Source of the DNA: Camelus ferus
Taxonomy: Eukaryota
Reading direction: 5' to 3'
NCBI RefSeq assembly: GCF_009834535.1
Contig: NC_045696.1
Location: forward strand, 106,518,001 to 106,582,000
DNA length: 64,000 nt
Part shown: piece after piece, positions 1 to 10,390 of the stretch
Position numbering within the stretch: position 1 is the stretch's first letter
Layout of the letters: the number at the start of each line of letters is the position of its first letter
Position numbers and translations under genes: made by a program
Notes under the pieces: generated by a model
Databases searched by the model: none
Seen by the model: the letters and a program-made list of their open reading frames with translations, nothing else
What the model was told of the DNA's origin: nothing

Positions 1-639
1 GATTATTTGCTTTTTAATTTTTTTCATGGTTTTAGAGAAAAATACTGTATTCCATTCATATGCTCCACAGTACCTGGTGCATAATAGGTGCTTAATAAAT
101 ATTTGTTGAATGATGTAGTGAAATCTTTTCTTTTTTTGTTTTTCTCCATCATTTCTATGCTTAGGAAGTTATTTTCCATTTAGAAATTATATTAGAATTA
201 TTTTAGAATTTTAGAAAATTCCAAAGTATTTTATATATTTTTATACTTAATTATCTAGGATCTACTTTGGTTTATATGCTGTAATTCTTTTTTCCCTCAA
301 AAAAGCTAATCAGTAATTTTTGCAGCACTTATACTGAATAACCTCCCCTTTCCCCATGGCTTTGTAAAATCTTCTGTCTATATTAAGTTCACGTATATGT
401 CTTTCTGTTTTAAGGTTTTATTCCATGACCTGTCTGTCCACATTTAGGCCAAAGCACCCTTTTAATTATTGCAGCTTTAGAATTTGGCTTAATATCTTCC
501 TGGCAGAGTTATTCCCCTACTTTTGTTTTGTTCTTAAAAAAAATTTAAAAATCGATTTCCTCTACTTCTTATAGATAACCACTTTGTCAAGTTCCCAAAG
601 GAAAATGCTTACTGGTATTTTGATCAGAATTCTTATAAT

Positions 640-835
640 GAGGAAGAGCTTGGGCTGTGCAGAAAGTCTGCCTGGGTTTGAATCCTCACCTTCCGCTTAC
701 TACTACAGTGTCACTGGGCAAATTCTATAGCCCTTTTGTACTTCAGTTTCCTCATTTATAAAATGGAGATAATACTACTCCTTACTTCACAGGGTTGTTG
801 TGAAAATTAAAGTCAGTATAGGTAATTTATGTAAA
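640..835 (+). mobile_element. MIR SINE fragment
   Basis: ctgggtttgaatcc...cttcagtttcctcatttataaaatggagataata...cacagggttgttgtgaaaattaaa is the MIR core. Confidence 0.8.
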
Positions 836-1391
836 TGTATACAAGTATGTCAATTATATTTAAAAATGTAAATTAACACACGCTAATTTCTTGAACCAAT
901 GCTTTAGCACATACTAAGGTCTCAATACATTTTATTATTATTGTATACTTATACTATTTATTATTACACATTAATTAGGAAAAAATTCACATCTTTATAA
1001 TCATCGTATCTAGGAACCTGTAGTGTATATTTCCATTTAACCGACTTAAATTTTTCTTGCTAAACCTCTTTTCTCGCTTTGATTCTTGCCAAATATTTAA
1101 AGATATTATTCATTTGTGTTTAACACATATCTTTGTGCTGTACTGGCTCCCTCCCCGGTTCTCATCACACACAAAGAGAATTAAGTTATTTTAATTCTCT
1201 TAATACACTACACAAGCCACTGTGTCTTTTCCAAAGATGTTCTCTCTCCTTCTGGAAAATACTTTACCTCTTCATCTTTTTGGGTACTCATTCATGACTT
1301 TCACTCAGCTCAGCTGTCCTTTCCTTTAGGAAGTCTTCCTCTCCTCACGTCTGCCCCTTGGACTGTACAGGGCATTTGCTATGCCTTACTG

Positions 1392-1607
1392 CAGAGATTC
1401 TTAACTGGGGCTGGTTTTGCCTCCAGGGGATATATGGCAAAGTCTGGAGACATTTTTGTTATAACCAGGAAGGGGGAGGGTGCTTCTACTCCCATCTAGT
1501 GGATGGAGGACAGAAATGCTGCTAAATATCCTTTACTGCACAGAACAGTATCCTGGATAGAAGAAATGGGCTTAAAATGTAAATAGTGCCAAGGTTGAGA
1601 AACTTTG
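1392..1607. mobile_element. MER20-like hAT-Charlie MITE
   Basis: cagagattcttaac...tctggagacattttt...atgctgctaaatatcct...aatagtgccaaggttgagaaactttg, with degenerate terminal inverted repeats. Confidence 0.8.
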
Positions 1608-1734
1608 AGTTGCAATGGCTTGTTTACCTTTGGCCTCTCTTTCTAGATTTGTAAGCCTTTTGATATCTATGTCCCACATCTGCAGACAGCTTGGGGCATA
1701 GTAGGTGCTCAATAAAGTTCTTTCTAATGCCACA

Positions 1735-1868
1735 TTTTTTGGGGGAGGAGGGAAGAGGTAATTAGGTTTGTTTGTTTATTTATTTATTTTAATGGAGGTA
1801 CTGGGGATTGAACCCAGGACCTTGTGCATGCTAGGCATGCACTCTACCACTGAGCTACACTCTCCTCC
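1735..1868 (-). mobile_element. tRNA-derived SINE, camelid Vic-1-like
   Basis: Minus strand has A-box (TAGCTCAGTGG) and B-box (GGTTCAATCCC), then (AAAT)n and AAACCTAATTACC tail; TSD ctaatgccaca at 1724-1734 and 1869-1879. Confidence 0.9.
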
Positions 1869-2369
1869 CTAATGCCACAATTTCTGTGTTACTGTTTATT
1901 TCCCTATTACTTCTGCAAGTGTGGGAGGACCAAAGACTTTGTCTTTCCTTCCTCATCCCTGCCAAGAGGGGATCTTGTCCAAAACTGGTTTGCCCAGGAC
2001 AGGTTGGTTGCCAGTTATAGTTTTGGTGAAATGACTTTGTTGAGGAAGGGTGGCTGCCTGTCCTATGCCTCTGGTTTCTCTAGAGAGTTGGGTTGTGCCT
2101 GACTCCCTCCCTCTGAGCCTGAGTGTCTGTGCTTGCATTCTTGGGAACACGTAGCTTCTCAATGGGAATTTTAAAATTCTGTTCTTTCATTTCAGTGGCA
2201 ATGGAAAAGAAATTGAAACAAGTATGTTCCAGATCCTCAGGCTGCCCACTTACGGTTTATGTTTACGTTGGTGTTTATGATCATGTTTACACCAGGAGAC
2301 GGTGAAGTGATAGCTTCAAACAGAAACAGTCAGGGGACTTTCTCCCCACCTGGTCACACTGGCACAGTG

Positions 2370-2530
2370 AGCTCAGATACCTGTGCGTGTGACCTTGGGC
2401 AAGTTACCCCAGCTTGTTTCCTGTTTCTAAAAAGGTGGTCATGATAGCAGCAAGTTCCCGGGGTGATTCGTAGAGATTACACAGAATATTGCAAGGCAGT
2501 TGTTGGCTCAAGTGCTAGCGCTCGGTTCAG
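2370..2530 (+). mobile_element. MIR fragment
   Basis: tgtgaccttgggcaagttac...gtttcctgtttctaaaa. Confidence 0.65.
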
Positions 2531-4201
2531 CACTGTTATCTTTCCTTCATGAATCAGTTGGAACCCCTCAGAGGTCAGGCTGGTTCTCGGTGTGTGCAAG
2601 GTCAGTGTTAAGCTGACTTTCTCCTTCGTGGACCCAGGTTTGAGCCTCCAAAGGGATTTTGGGCATTTTGCCTTTGAAGGGAGGGAGAATCCCAAGGGCA
2701 GGTGGTTCAACCTGGATCTAAGGAGGGATCAGCGGGACATGCGACGTGGGAGTGGCTCATCTTCCTCCAGTCCCTGGTGGAGGGAGACCCCACTGAATCA
2801 GCAGCTGGGACCTGGCTTAAGTTCCCGTTGATACCCGGTACCTTCCTCTCTGAGCTTGGCATTCGATGCTCTTTATAATCGTCTCTGCATAAACCCTCTC
2901 CTTTAACCAAGGTCATTCTTTCATTTTCTCCTAAGAAGGACTCGGGTGGAAGCACCCTCATGTCTTTGCCCAAGATTTTCCTCCTGTGATGCTGCCCCTC
3001 CAACTCCTCACCACCTTTCAAGGCTCCCCTGTGGGATTCCCTCTTGGCTGGATCTCTTCCTGAGTGGTTCACCCTCATTTCATCTCCTGCAGCACCACCC
3101 TTTGTCCTCCCTACTTGGTATCTTGCCCTACCCAGCCTGGGGTGCATATTCACATGTTTTGGGGTGCTAGGCCCACAGAATCCTGAGGTTGTAGTGAGCT
3201 CTCCATCCATAAGTGTGGAATAAATAAAAGACTGAATCACTGAGTCTACACTGCTCACCTTCTGTGCCTGTCTGTCTTGACCCTACGGCCAAATGGGAAA
3301 TTCCTGGAGGGGAAGCCCTAATTTCTATTTCTGATACTCCTTACTGTGACCCCCTTAGATCAAAGCCCCTCTCCAGACTTCGATGTGTATTTATGGAAGG
3401 AAAAAAGAACTAAGAAATAAAAATGACAAGTGTATTCATGATCTTATACTCTGTTACCTGAGTGAAAGACACTTAACGTTCTCTACTCATTCTTCAAGTT
3501 AACACAGCCCATCTACCAAGCAAGCAAATCCTTGTGAGGCTAACATGCCAGTCTGGGGAGGCGGGCATCACAGCCTGCATCCCTTTGCCCTACGCTTTCT
3601 ACAAGGGTCCTCTGTGCAGAGAGCTCCCTGAATCTGGTTCCATGTGGCCAGTACTTTCTGGAGGTCACGAGCCTAAAGGTACAGAGAAGGGAGGGACCCA
3701 TCTGGCATCCCCCAAAGAAACACACCACTCAGTTCTTTTTCTCTGTCCCTTTCCTCTTTCCCCTTTCTGTTGCTGCCACGTGTGTAGGTGCCCCCTGGAA
3801 AAAGGGACCAGGGAAAAGGGGGCCTGGAGGTGGAACTCTGTTCCGGAGACTCACAGTCCCCAACTCAGGGAAGGAGGGTCTTGGGGCTAAAGGAAGTGGC
3901 TACAGTCTGGGCCTCCTGAGTGCTGTTCCTGTGGGTGATTAAGACCCAATGCCATTGCTCACGTGAGAGTTATTTTTAAAATGGGCCCGTTGAGGAAAAA
4001 TGGGTACCACCCAATTAGGGGTACAGGAGCCCTCCCGGCTCCAGGAAGCTGCTCTCCGGAAGTCCCCTGCACTTTTATTCCTACCTTGGTGGTGGGGGCT
4101 GTTGCTCCCCCCGTCCCCCACCTGGGTCCCTCTGCAGGGCCGCTGGCAGAGGCGGCCACCTCCTGCCAGCCCCCGGCTCCCTGCCAGCCTGCCTGGCCGG
4201 C

Positions 4202-4210
4202 GCCTACCTG
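4202..4210 (-). other. CLDN18: 5' splice donor of CLDN18 exon 1b (CAG|GTAGGC)
   Basis: GT at 4207-4206 immediately after the ...LGLP codons; claudin similarity stops here. Confidence 0.93.
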
Positions 4211-4427
4211 GCAGCCCCAGGATGGTGAAGTAGCCCCGGCACTCGGTGAAGCCGGAGCTTTCTCGGACACAGGAGCGCCACAGGCCCTGGTAGTTGAAGA
4301 CGGCCGTCACCGGGTTGTTGTACAAATCCTGGGTGCTCCACTGGTCCATGCAGGTGGCTGCAATGATGCCCGCAATGCCGATCAGTGAGACCACAAACCC
4401 CAAGCCCTGGCAGGCGGTCACAGACAT
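4208..4427 (-). CDS. CLDN18: Claudin-18, first coding exon of the stomach isoform (CLDN18.2 / exon 1b); codons 1-73 plus 1 nt
   Basis: Translation MSVTACQGLGFVVSLIGIAGIIAATCMDQWSTQDLYNNPVTAVFNYQGLWRSCVRESSGFTECRGYFTILGLP has the claudin ECL1 signature (W30, GLW48-50, C53, C63) and the 18.2-type residues Q29/N37/A42/N45/Q47/E56/G65. ATG at 4427-4425 in CCCCGCC-ATG context. Exon ends phase 1 at CCAG|GTAGGC. Confidence 0.97.
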
Positions 4428-4720
4428 GGCGGGGTGCAGAGTGGACACGGGGCGCCGCTGGACTGGGGGACAGACCAGTTCTGAGAGTGCTGAGCATCGG
4501 ATGGAGTTTTCTCCGAGAAGCTGGCACCCACGTCACCATCGAGCCATGTGATGGAGGAGGGGACTCCACAGTGCCACCTGGGCTCACCCTGCCCCTTTAT
4601 CTACCTCGGTGAGATAATTTCCACAACATGGTACCAAGAGCCATTTGTTTCCCACCAAATGTACACTCCACTCACTATTTACCTTCAAAGGGAGTTTCAC
4701 TCCTGATTAGCCAGGCTCCC
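4428..4720 (-). promoter_or_regulatory. CLDN18: CLDN18.2 5'UTR and proximal promoter
   Basis: CRE-like TGACGTG (minus, 4535-4529); KLF/SP-type CACCCTGCCCC (4585-4595); two GATA sites (minus AGATAA 4602-4597, plus AGATAA 4612-4617); FOXA-type TATTTAC 4676-4682; TCF/LEF CTTTGAAG (minus, 4690-4683). TSS inferred at roughly 4480. Confidence 0.75.
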
Positions 4721-4908
4721 GTCTGTGGAGGGTAAAGCAAGAGCAGAGGGCGTTGCCTGCAGACCCCGCAGGCCGGCGAGGCAGGGCCCCCAGCGGCTAA
4801 AATCTCAAAATACTTGGAGGTGAAAGGGCTTCATCCCTGTGGCCCTACCAACGTCCCACTGCCACTTTAAACACCCAGGTAAGGCAGGTTATGAGGCAGG
4901 ATGAAGTA

Positions 4909-5529
4909 CAGCTGATTCTCATCAACCACGGTCGTAAGGGTCTATGAAAGTCACTGAATCAGCGAATATGGAATCATTGCTCCTGAGGGGATGCAGATGT
5001 CCGTTTCTGTTAGCCTCTAGTCCCATTTTCATCAACCGGTCAATGTAAGACCATGTTTTATGTGTTTCTGTTTGATGACTCCTTATTTAATAGACATTGT
5101 TGATTTATTAACATTGAACTCACAGCCTACAGCACCAGAACCCGCGCCGAAGGACGCTCACCAAACGCATCCTTTTCCCCGCGAACACATCACAGCCGGC
5201 CTGCGCTTGGGAGCACGAGCCAGCACTTCAGCATTACGCTTGGGGACATTTTAAGTAGAAAAATCAGCAACCAAAAGCACACAAATGTGAATAACATGGC
5301 ACTGAATAGAGTGCGAGAGGACTCGTGTTTACAGGATGAACCGAACAAGGAAGCCGAGGGTCGCCTTGCTCTGCCAGCCTCAGCTGGGAGCACGCAGCAC
5401 CCGCAACCGCCGCCTTCCGCCCTCCGCGTGTGCACGTGTCCAGTCATGGCTGAGCGGGCACCTGCAGTGTTATGATACGTTTTAGTAAGTAGGCGAATCC
5501 GCAAATGGGAATCTGCAAATAATCGACTG
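4909..5529. mobile_element. TcMar-Tigger non-autonomous DNA transposon, MER82-like, near full length
   Basis: TA|CAGCTGATT...AATCGACTG|TA: TA target duplications (4907-4908, 5530-5531) and terminal inverted repeats; internal sequence resembles the MER82 consensus as I recall it. Confidence 0.8.
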
Positions 5530-5659
5530 TAGAGGTTTGATGGAACTGAGCAGTGAACGTGGTCAAGCTGTTTGCAGCCTCCGTGGTGTTGACGCCGCCT
5601 TCGCCCAGTGACCACAGAGGAGGGAAGACGCCGGAGGGAAGGAGCTGGAACACCGCGGG

Positions 5660-5840
5660 CTCTGGAGCCAGACAGGCCAGGTTCCCCCTCCCCGCGCTGC
5701 TGGCTGGCCGTGTGAGAGAGCTCAATCACTCCACTTCTACCAGCCTCATTGTCTTCACCTGTAAAATGAGATAGTAATAGCAATCATCTCCCTGGATTGG
5801 TTTGTAGCATAAATGTGCTAATGCATATGAAATGCTAAGT
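5660..5840 (+). mobile_element. MIR fragment
   Basis: ctctggagccagacag...gtcttcacctgtaaaatgagatagtaatag. Confidence 0.6.
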
Positions 5841-6077
5841 ATTGTATACAGAGATCTGAACTCAGAAAATAATAGCAAACATTAGCAGGGCAGACTGACA
5901 GTAACAGAATTAAAAGCTTTGGTGATTGACAGATCACTCTCACATGGTGTTTCTTCACATTGATTAGAAACTAAACTCCAGCTTCTCACACACTGTCCCT
6001 AGTTATGGAGAGGTTTAAAAATTGGGGGGGTCCAAATATCATTTCTACCTGTCTTGAACCTGGATTCAAGTCTCAAG

Positions 6078-6330
6078 TTTTATTTTTTTAATTTATTTTT
6101 TACTGTTAAAAGGTTTATTGCAATAATACAATAAAAGTTTAGAGAACATTTGTATGATTCAAACTGGTTTGGAAGTTGCAGAGCAATGGGGGCTTCCTGC
6201 AACATGACACAGCAAAGAGATTCTCCGACACTGTAGCTCTTTTAACAGCATACCACCAAACACTCTTCCCCAAATCATCAATACATTAATCCTCTTTACC
6301 AAATCATAGGATGATATTATACATTGTTGG
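6078..6330 (-). other. Polyadenylated retro-insert of unidentified origin (possible 3'UTR retrocopy) interrupting a MIR
   Basis: Minus strand ends AATAAA (6119-6114) + 12 nt + A-rich tail (6101-6078); flanked by MIR halves (cctggattcaagtctc left, cctctgtgcctcagtttcccca right). Confidence 0.55.
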
Positions 6331-7429
6331 CTAATACCTCTGTGCCTCAGTTTCCCCATTATTAAAGTAAAGGTTTTGTTATGAACAGAAGTAGTGAATC
6401 ACTATGTTGTGTATCAGAAAGAAAATAAAGAAAAAGTTTCAGGATATCCCAGAAATTTCATAATTAAAAAAAGAGGAACCTCCTTTCGTTGTCTGTGGTA
6501 TCGTCAGAAAGACTAATGTGGGATGTAGATAAAAAGTGTGTTTGTGTGCGAGCTTGTGTGGCAGTGCAAGGGAGGAGAGGGGTGTGCTACCCTGGTGTAG
6601 GGAAAATGGAGTCACTCAGTCTCCCTTGCCGGACATCTGGTGCCCAGTGACTCAGCTGTGTTATCCTGCATGCGCAGGACCCACGTAGTGTTATGTAAGC
6701 ATGATTTGCACTGTGCAAGCACACTGGTTCGCTCCTAGGTAATAGCTGGCTGGGTGCTGGCTTTGTTTGCTTTGATACATAAGGCAGATGGGATTTTTCG
6801 CCGCCACCATTGAAGCCTGTGTACTCCTCCGTGATAAAGGCATGTCGGAGACACCTCCGGCTCTGAGAGTGTTCTTCTGCCTGCTCGAATCCCGAGTGAA
6901 CCCGCTAGGCCTTGAGCACTGGCAGTACACCTGGTTCACAGGATGGAGGCAAGAATCTTCCCACTTTTCTCTTAATCCCTGAAGTAGCTGCTTGGGTCAT
7001 TTATTAGAATCCCTCAGAGCATCAGGGGACAAAATTTGAAAACAAGTAGACAAGATTCATTCAATAACGTATTCATCAATTTATACAGTGAAGGGATGGA
7101 CTAGAAAAGTCAGCTCACTGGCCCAGGGAGAAAACAAGGAGGCTTAGTCCAACCTGGTCTCTATGCAGGAAAAAAGAAAAATCTTCTGAGAATATATTAT
7201 CATGAGTTTATGTTTCATACACGATTGGGTTTGAATTGACACAGCCTGCATCACAGTCCTGGAACTCCCATACTAAGAAAATAACATGAAAAGGTGATTC
7301 TGGGCTGATAACACATCAAGAATGACTTGTAGAAGCAATTGCACGAGCCCGCAGTGTAGATTGAATAAATGTCTGCATTTAAAGCCCTGTCAAATTTGAG
7401 CTCAAAACTCAAAATTCAAAATCTATGAT

Positions 7430-7600
7430 AAACGGTGGTAAGCCAACTCTCAAAAGAAAAAAACAATTGCTGACTTTATAGTTTTTGCCAGTTTGTGTGG
7501 CATAAATACTCTCACTATGGCTGATTTCAAGCTACCAAATGTGAGATCATTGAATGTAGAGTTGGGAAGAGATGTACAGAATCAGCTCCCACAGGAGACT
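7430..7600. mobile_element. MER63-like hAT-Blackjack fragment
   Basis: taaatactctcactatggctgatttcaagctacc...gagttgggaagagatgtacag resembles MER63. Confidence 0.6.
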
Positions 7601-7842
7601 CCTGCAGATCACTTGGTTATGACTAAGATCACAAGGCTTAACAAATAGTTATAATGGATCCCCCCCCCAAGAAAATCAAATAATACTGGTTAAAGACATA
7701 AAGGAAGGAACCAAAATTACAAGTAAATAAAAGTCACCATGAAAAAAGAACAGGAAGATTTTACCACAACCACCACCCTCCCCAACCTAGAATTCTTAGG
7801 AATTAAATACATAATTATTGAAACAAAAAACTCAGTGGACAG

Positions 7843-8389
7843 TGTAGGAGGCACAATTTTGGGCCCTATGATTTCCTCCTCTTTATGTTATATCACAGTT
7901 ATATTATGTTATGTGGCAAAAGGAATTTTACAGATGTAAAGTTACTAATCAGGGGACCTGAAAATAGAGAGATTATCTTTAATTATTCAGGGCAATCCAG
8001 TGTAATCCTATGAGCCCTGAGAAGCAAAAGAGGAAGGCAGGACAGGGAGTGAGAGAAACGCAGACAAAAGGAAGAGATTAGAGGAATGAGAAGGATTCAA
8101 TGCACCAGTTGATTCGAAGATGAAAGGATTCACAAGTCAGAGAAATAGGGACCTCAGATCTACAGCTGCAAAGAACTGAATTCCTCTAACCAACAGCAAT
8201 CTCAGTAGAAGACCTCAAACCCCATATGAGAACTACAGCCATGGTTGATACTTTGATTTAAGTATCAAGTAGCCAACCACAGTGTGCCAGACATCTGACC
8301 TACAGAAATTGTGACATAATAAAAGGGTGGTGCTGGAAGCTGCAAAGTTTCTCAAAATTTGTTGTGGCAGCAGTAGGAAACCAACAACA
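7843..8389 (+). mobile_element. MLT1-family MaLR solo LTR inserted in an old L1 ORF1 remnant
   Basis: TG...CA ends; ggcaaaaggaattttacagatgtaa, gagagattatc, ctgacctacagaaattgtgacataataaa, gttgtggcagcagtaggaaac. Confidence 0.8.
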
Positions 8390-8859
8390 GGTAATTAACA
8401 GATTAAATACAGCTGAAGTTAGCATTCATAGACTACAAGATAGAACTGAGAGTTTGCAAAATACAGACACAAATAAAGAGATGGAAAACATGAAATAGCA
8501 GTAGGAGGCACAGAGGACAGGATGAGAAGTTCCAACATACATCCAATAGGCATACCAGAAGAAGAGAATAAAGAGAATGAGAGAAAGACAATGTTTGATA
8601 AGCTATTGGCTAAGGATTTTCTATAATTGATGAAAGCCTTTAATCCCATATGAAGGTTGTACAGTAGTTCCAGGAAAGAGAACCAAAAATAAAACCATAT
8701 CTGAATGTACTGTAGTATTGCAGAAATACCAAAGAGAAAAATCTTTAAAAAACCTGAAAGAAAGGAATTACAGCCATTACATCAATTGCACCATAGAAAC
8801 CAGGTGACAGAATTGTATCTTTAAAAATTGAGAATAAAAATAACTATCCACCTCAAGAC

Positions 8860-9965
8860 AATAAGATAGGCTACAGATGGAGAGAAAATACTTGCCAAAG
8901 GAAGATATTTGCAAAAGAAAAACATTTGTAAAAGATTTTTTTTTATCCAAAAAAATTTGCGGTCAAGGACTCATCCAAAATATACAAAGAACTCTTGAGA
9001 GTCAACAAGAACAAAACGAACAACCTGATTAAATAATGGAGAAAAGATCTGAAGACTTCCTCATCAAAGAAAATATACCGATGACAAATAAGCATCTGAA
9101 AAGATGCTCAACATCATATGTCCTTAGGGAATTACAAATTTAAACAACAACAAGATACATAACTGTTAGATTGGCTAAAGTCCGAAACACTAACACCAAG
9201 TTCTAATGAGGATGTGGAGCAACAGGAACTCTCATTCATTGCTGGTGGGAATGCAAAATGGTGCACCCATTTTGGAAGACAGTTCGGCGATTTCTTAGAA
9301 AAGGAAACAAACTCTTACCACCTGATCCAGCAGTCGCACTCCTTGGTATTTACCCATATAGTTTGAAAACTTAAGTCCACCAAAAACCTGCACATAGATG
9401 TTTATAAAAACTTTATTCATAATTGACAAAACCTGGACATAACCAAGATGTCCTTCAGTAGGTAAATGGATAAATAAACTGTAGTATATCCAGACAAAGG
9501 AATATTATCTACTGCTAAAAAGAAACGAGCTATCAAAACATGAAAAGATATGAGGGAACTTTAATTGCATATTTTTAAGTGAAAGAGGCTAACCTGAGAA
9601 GGCTATATACTATGTGATTCTAACTATATGACATTCTGGAAAAGGCAAAACTATAGAGGCAGTAAAAAAAAAAAATCAGTGATTTGTCAGGGGCTTGGGG
9701 TTCTAGAGGGATGAATAGGAGGAGCACAGGAGATATTTAGGGCAGTGAGGCTATTCTACGTGATACCATAATGAGTGGATATCTATGATACATTTATGGA
9801 AACCCATACCAAAAGTGTTACGCCTAATGTAAACTATGCACTTTGGGTGATAACGATGTATCAGTGTAGGTTCATTGATTGTAACAGATGTGCATTTTCG
9901 ATGCTGGATGTTGGTAGTAGGGGAGACTGTATGTGTGGAGGTAGGACTTACATGGGAACTTTCTG
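8860..9965 (+). mobile_element. Old L1 (L1MC-like) ORF2 3' end and 3'UTR
   Basis: gaaaagatgctcaacatca, tgctggtgggaatgcaaaatgg, cctaatgtaaactatgcactttgggtgataa. Confidence 0.85.
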
Positions 9966-10148
9966 TAGTTTCTTATTTTTAAAAATTTTTATTGAAGTGT
10001 AGTTGATTTACAGTGTTAGTTTCAGGTGTATGGCAAAGTGATTCAGTTATACATACACACATAGATATGTATTTTCTTTTCAGATTCTTTTCCGCTATAT
10101 GTTATTACAAGAAATTGAATATAGTTCCCTGTGCTATACAGTAGGTCC
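9966..10148 (-). mobile_element. Young L1 3' end, 5'-truncated
   Basis: attgaagtgtagttgatttacagtg...gttccctgtgctatacagtaggtcc; same family as copies at 19.4, 20.6, 46.2 and 49.3 kb. Confidence 0.85.
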
Positions 10149-10227
10149 TGGGAATTCTGGGAAATCTGGGAGTGGGCAGGAGACTTTCCCAAGGTGTGAA
10201 ATGAGGGCTCAAAACAGTCTCACATAG

Positions 10228-10390
10228 AGGGGAGGATATAGCTCAGTGGTAGAGCACATGCTTAGCACGCATGAGGTCCTGGGTTCAATTTCCACTACCC
10301 CCATTAAAAAAATAACAATAATAAATAAATAAACCTAATTACACCCCTCCCTTCAAAAAAAAAAAAAAAAAAGAAAGAAGAAAAAAACAA
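10228..10390 (+). mobile_element. tRNA-derived SINE, camelid Vic-1-like
   Basis: ggggaggatatagctcagtggtagag...ctgggttcaatt...aaacctaattac + poly(A); TSD aaaacagtctcacatag (10211-10227) / aaaccagtctaacatag (10391-10407). Confidence 0.9.

Larger units (their letters stand above)
1..4207 (-). other. CLDN18: CLDN18 intron downstream of exon 1b; exon 1a (CLDN18.1) and exons 2-5 expected beyond the left edge
   Basis: Follows the donor on the minus strand; no further claudin coding sequence recognised; filled with L1/L2/MIR/MER20/SINE remnants. Confidence 0.85.

Noticed and set aside
3939..4448. 169-aa ORF as a complete claudin with an N-terminal extension and novel C-terminus
   Set aside because: The track starts at an upstream GTG and reads through the GT donor at 4207 into intron; only 4208-4427 is claudin coding.
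10228..10305. tRNA-like sequence with A and B boxes (also ~1795-1868 and ~24925-25000)
   Set aside because: SINE heads with AT-rich tails and TSDs, not tRNA genes.
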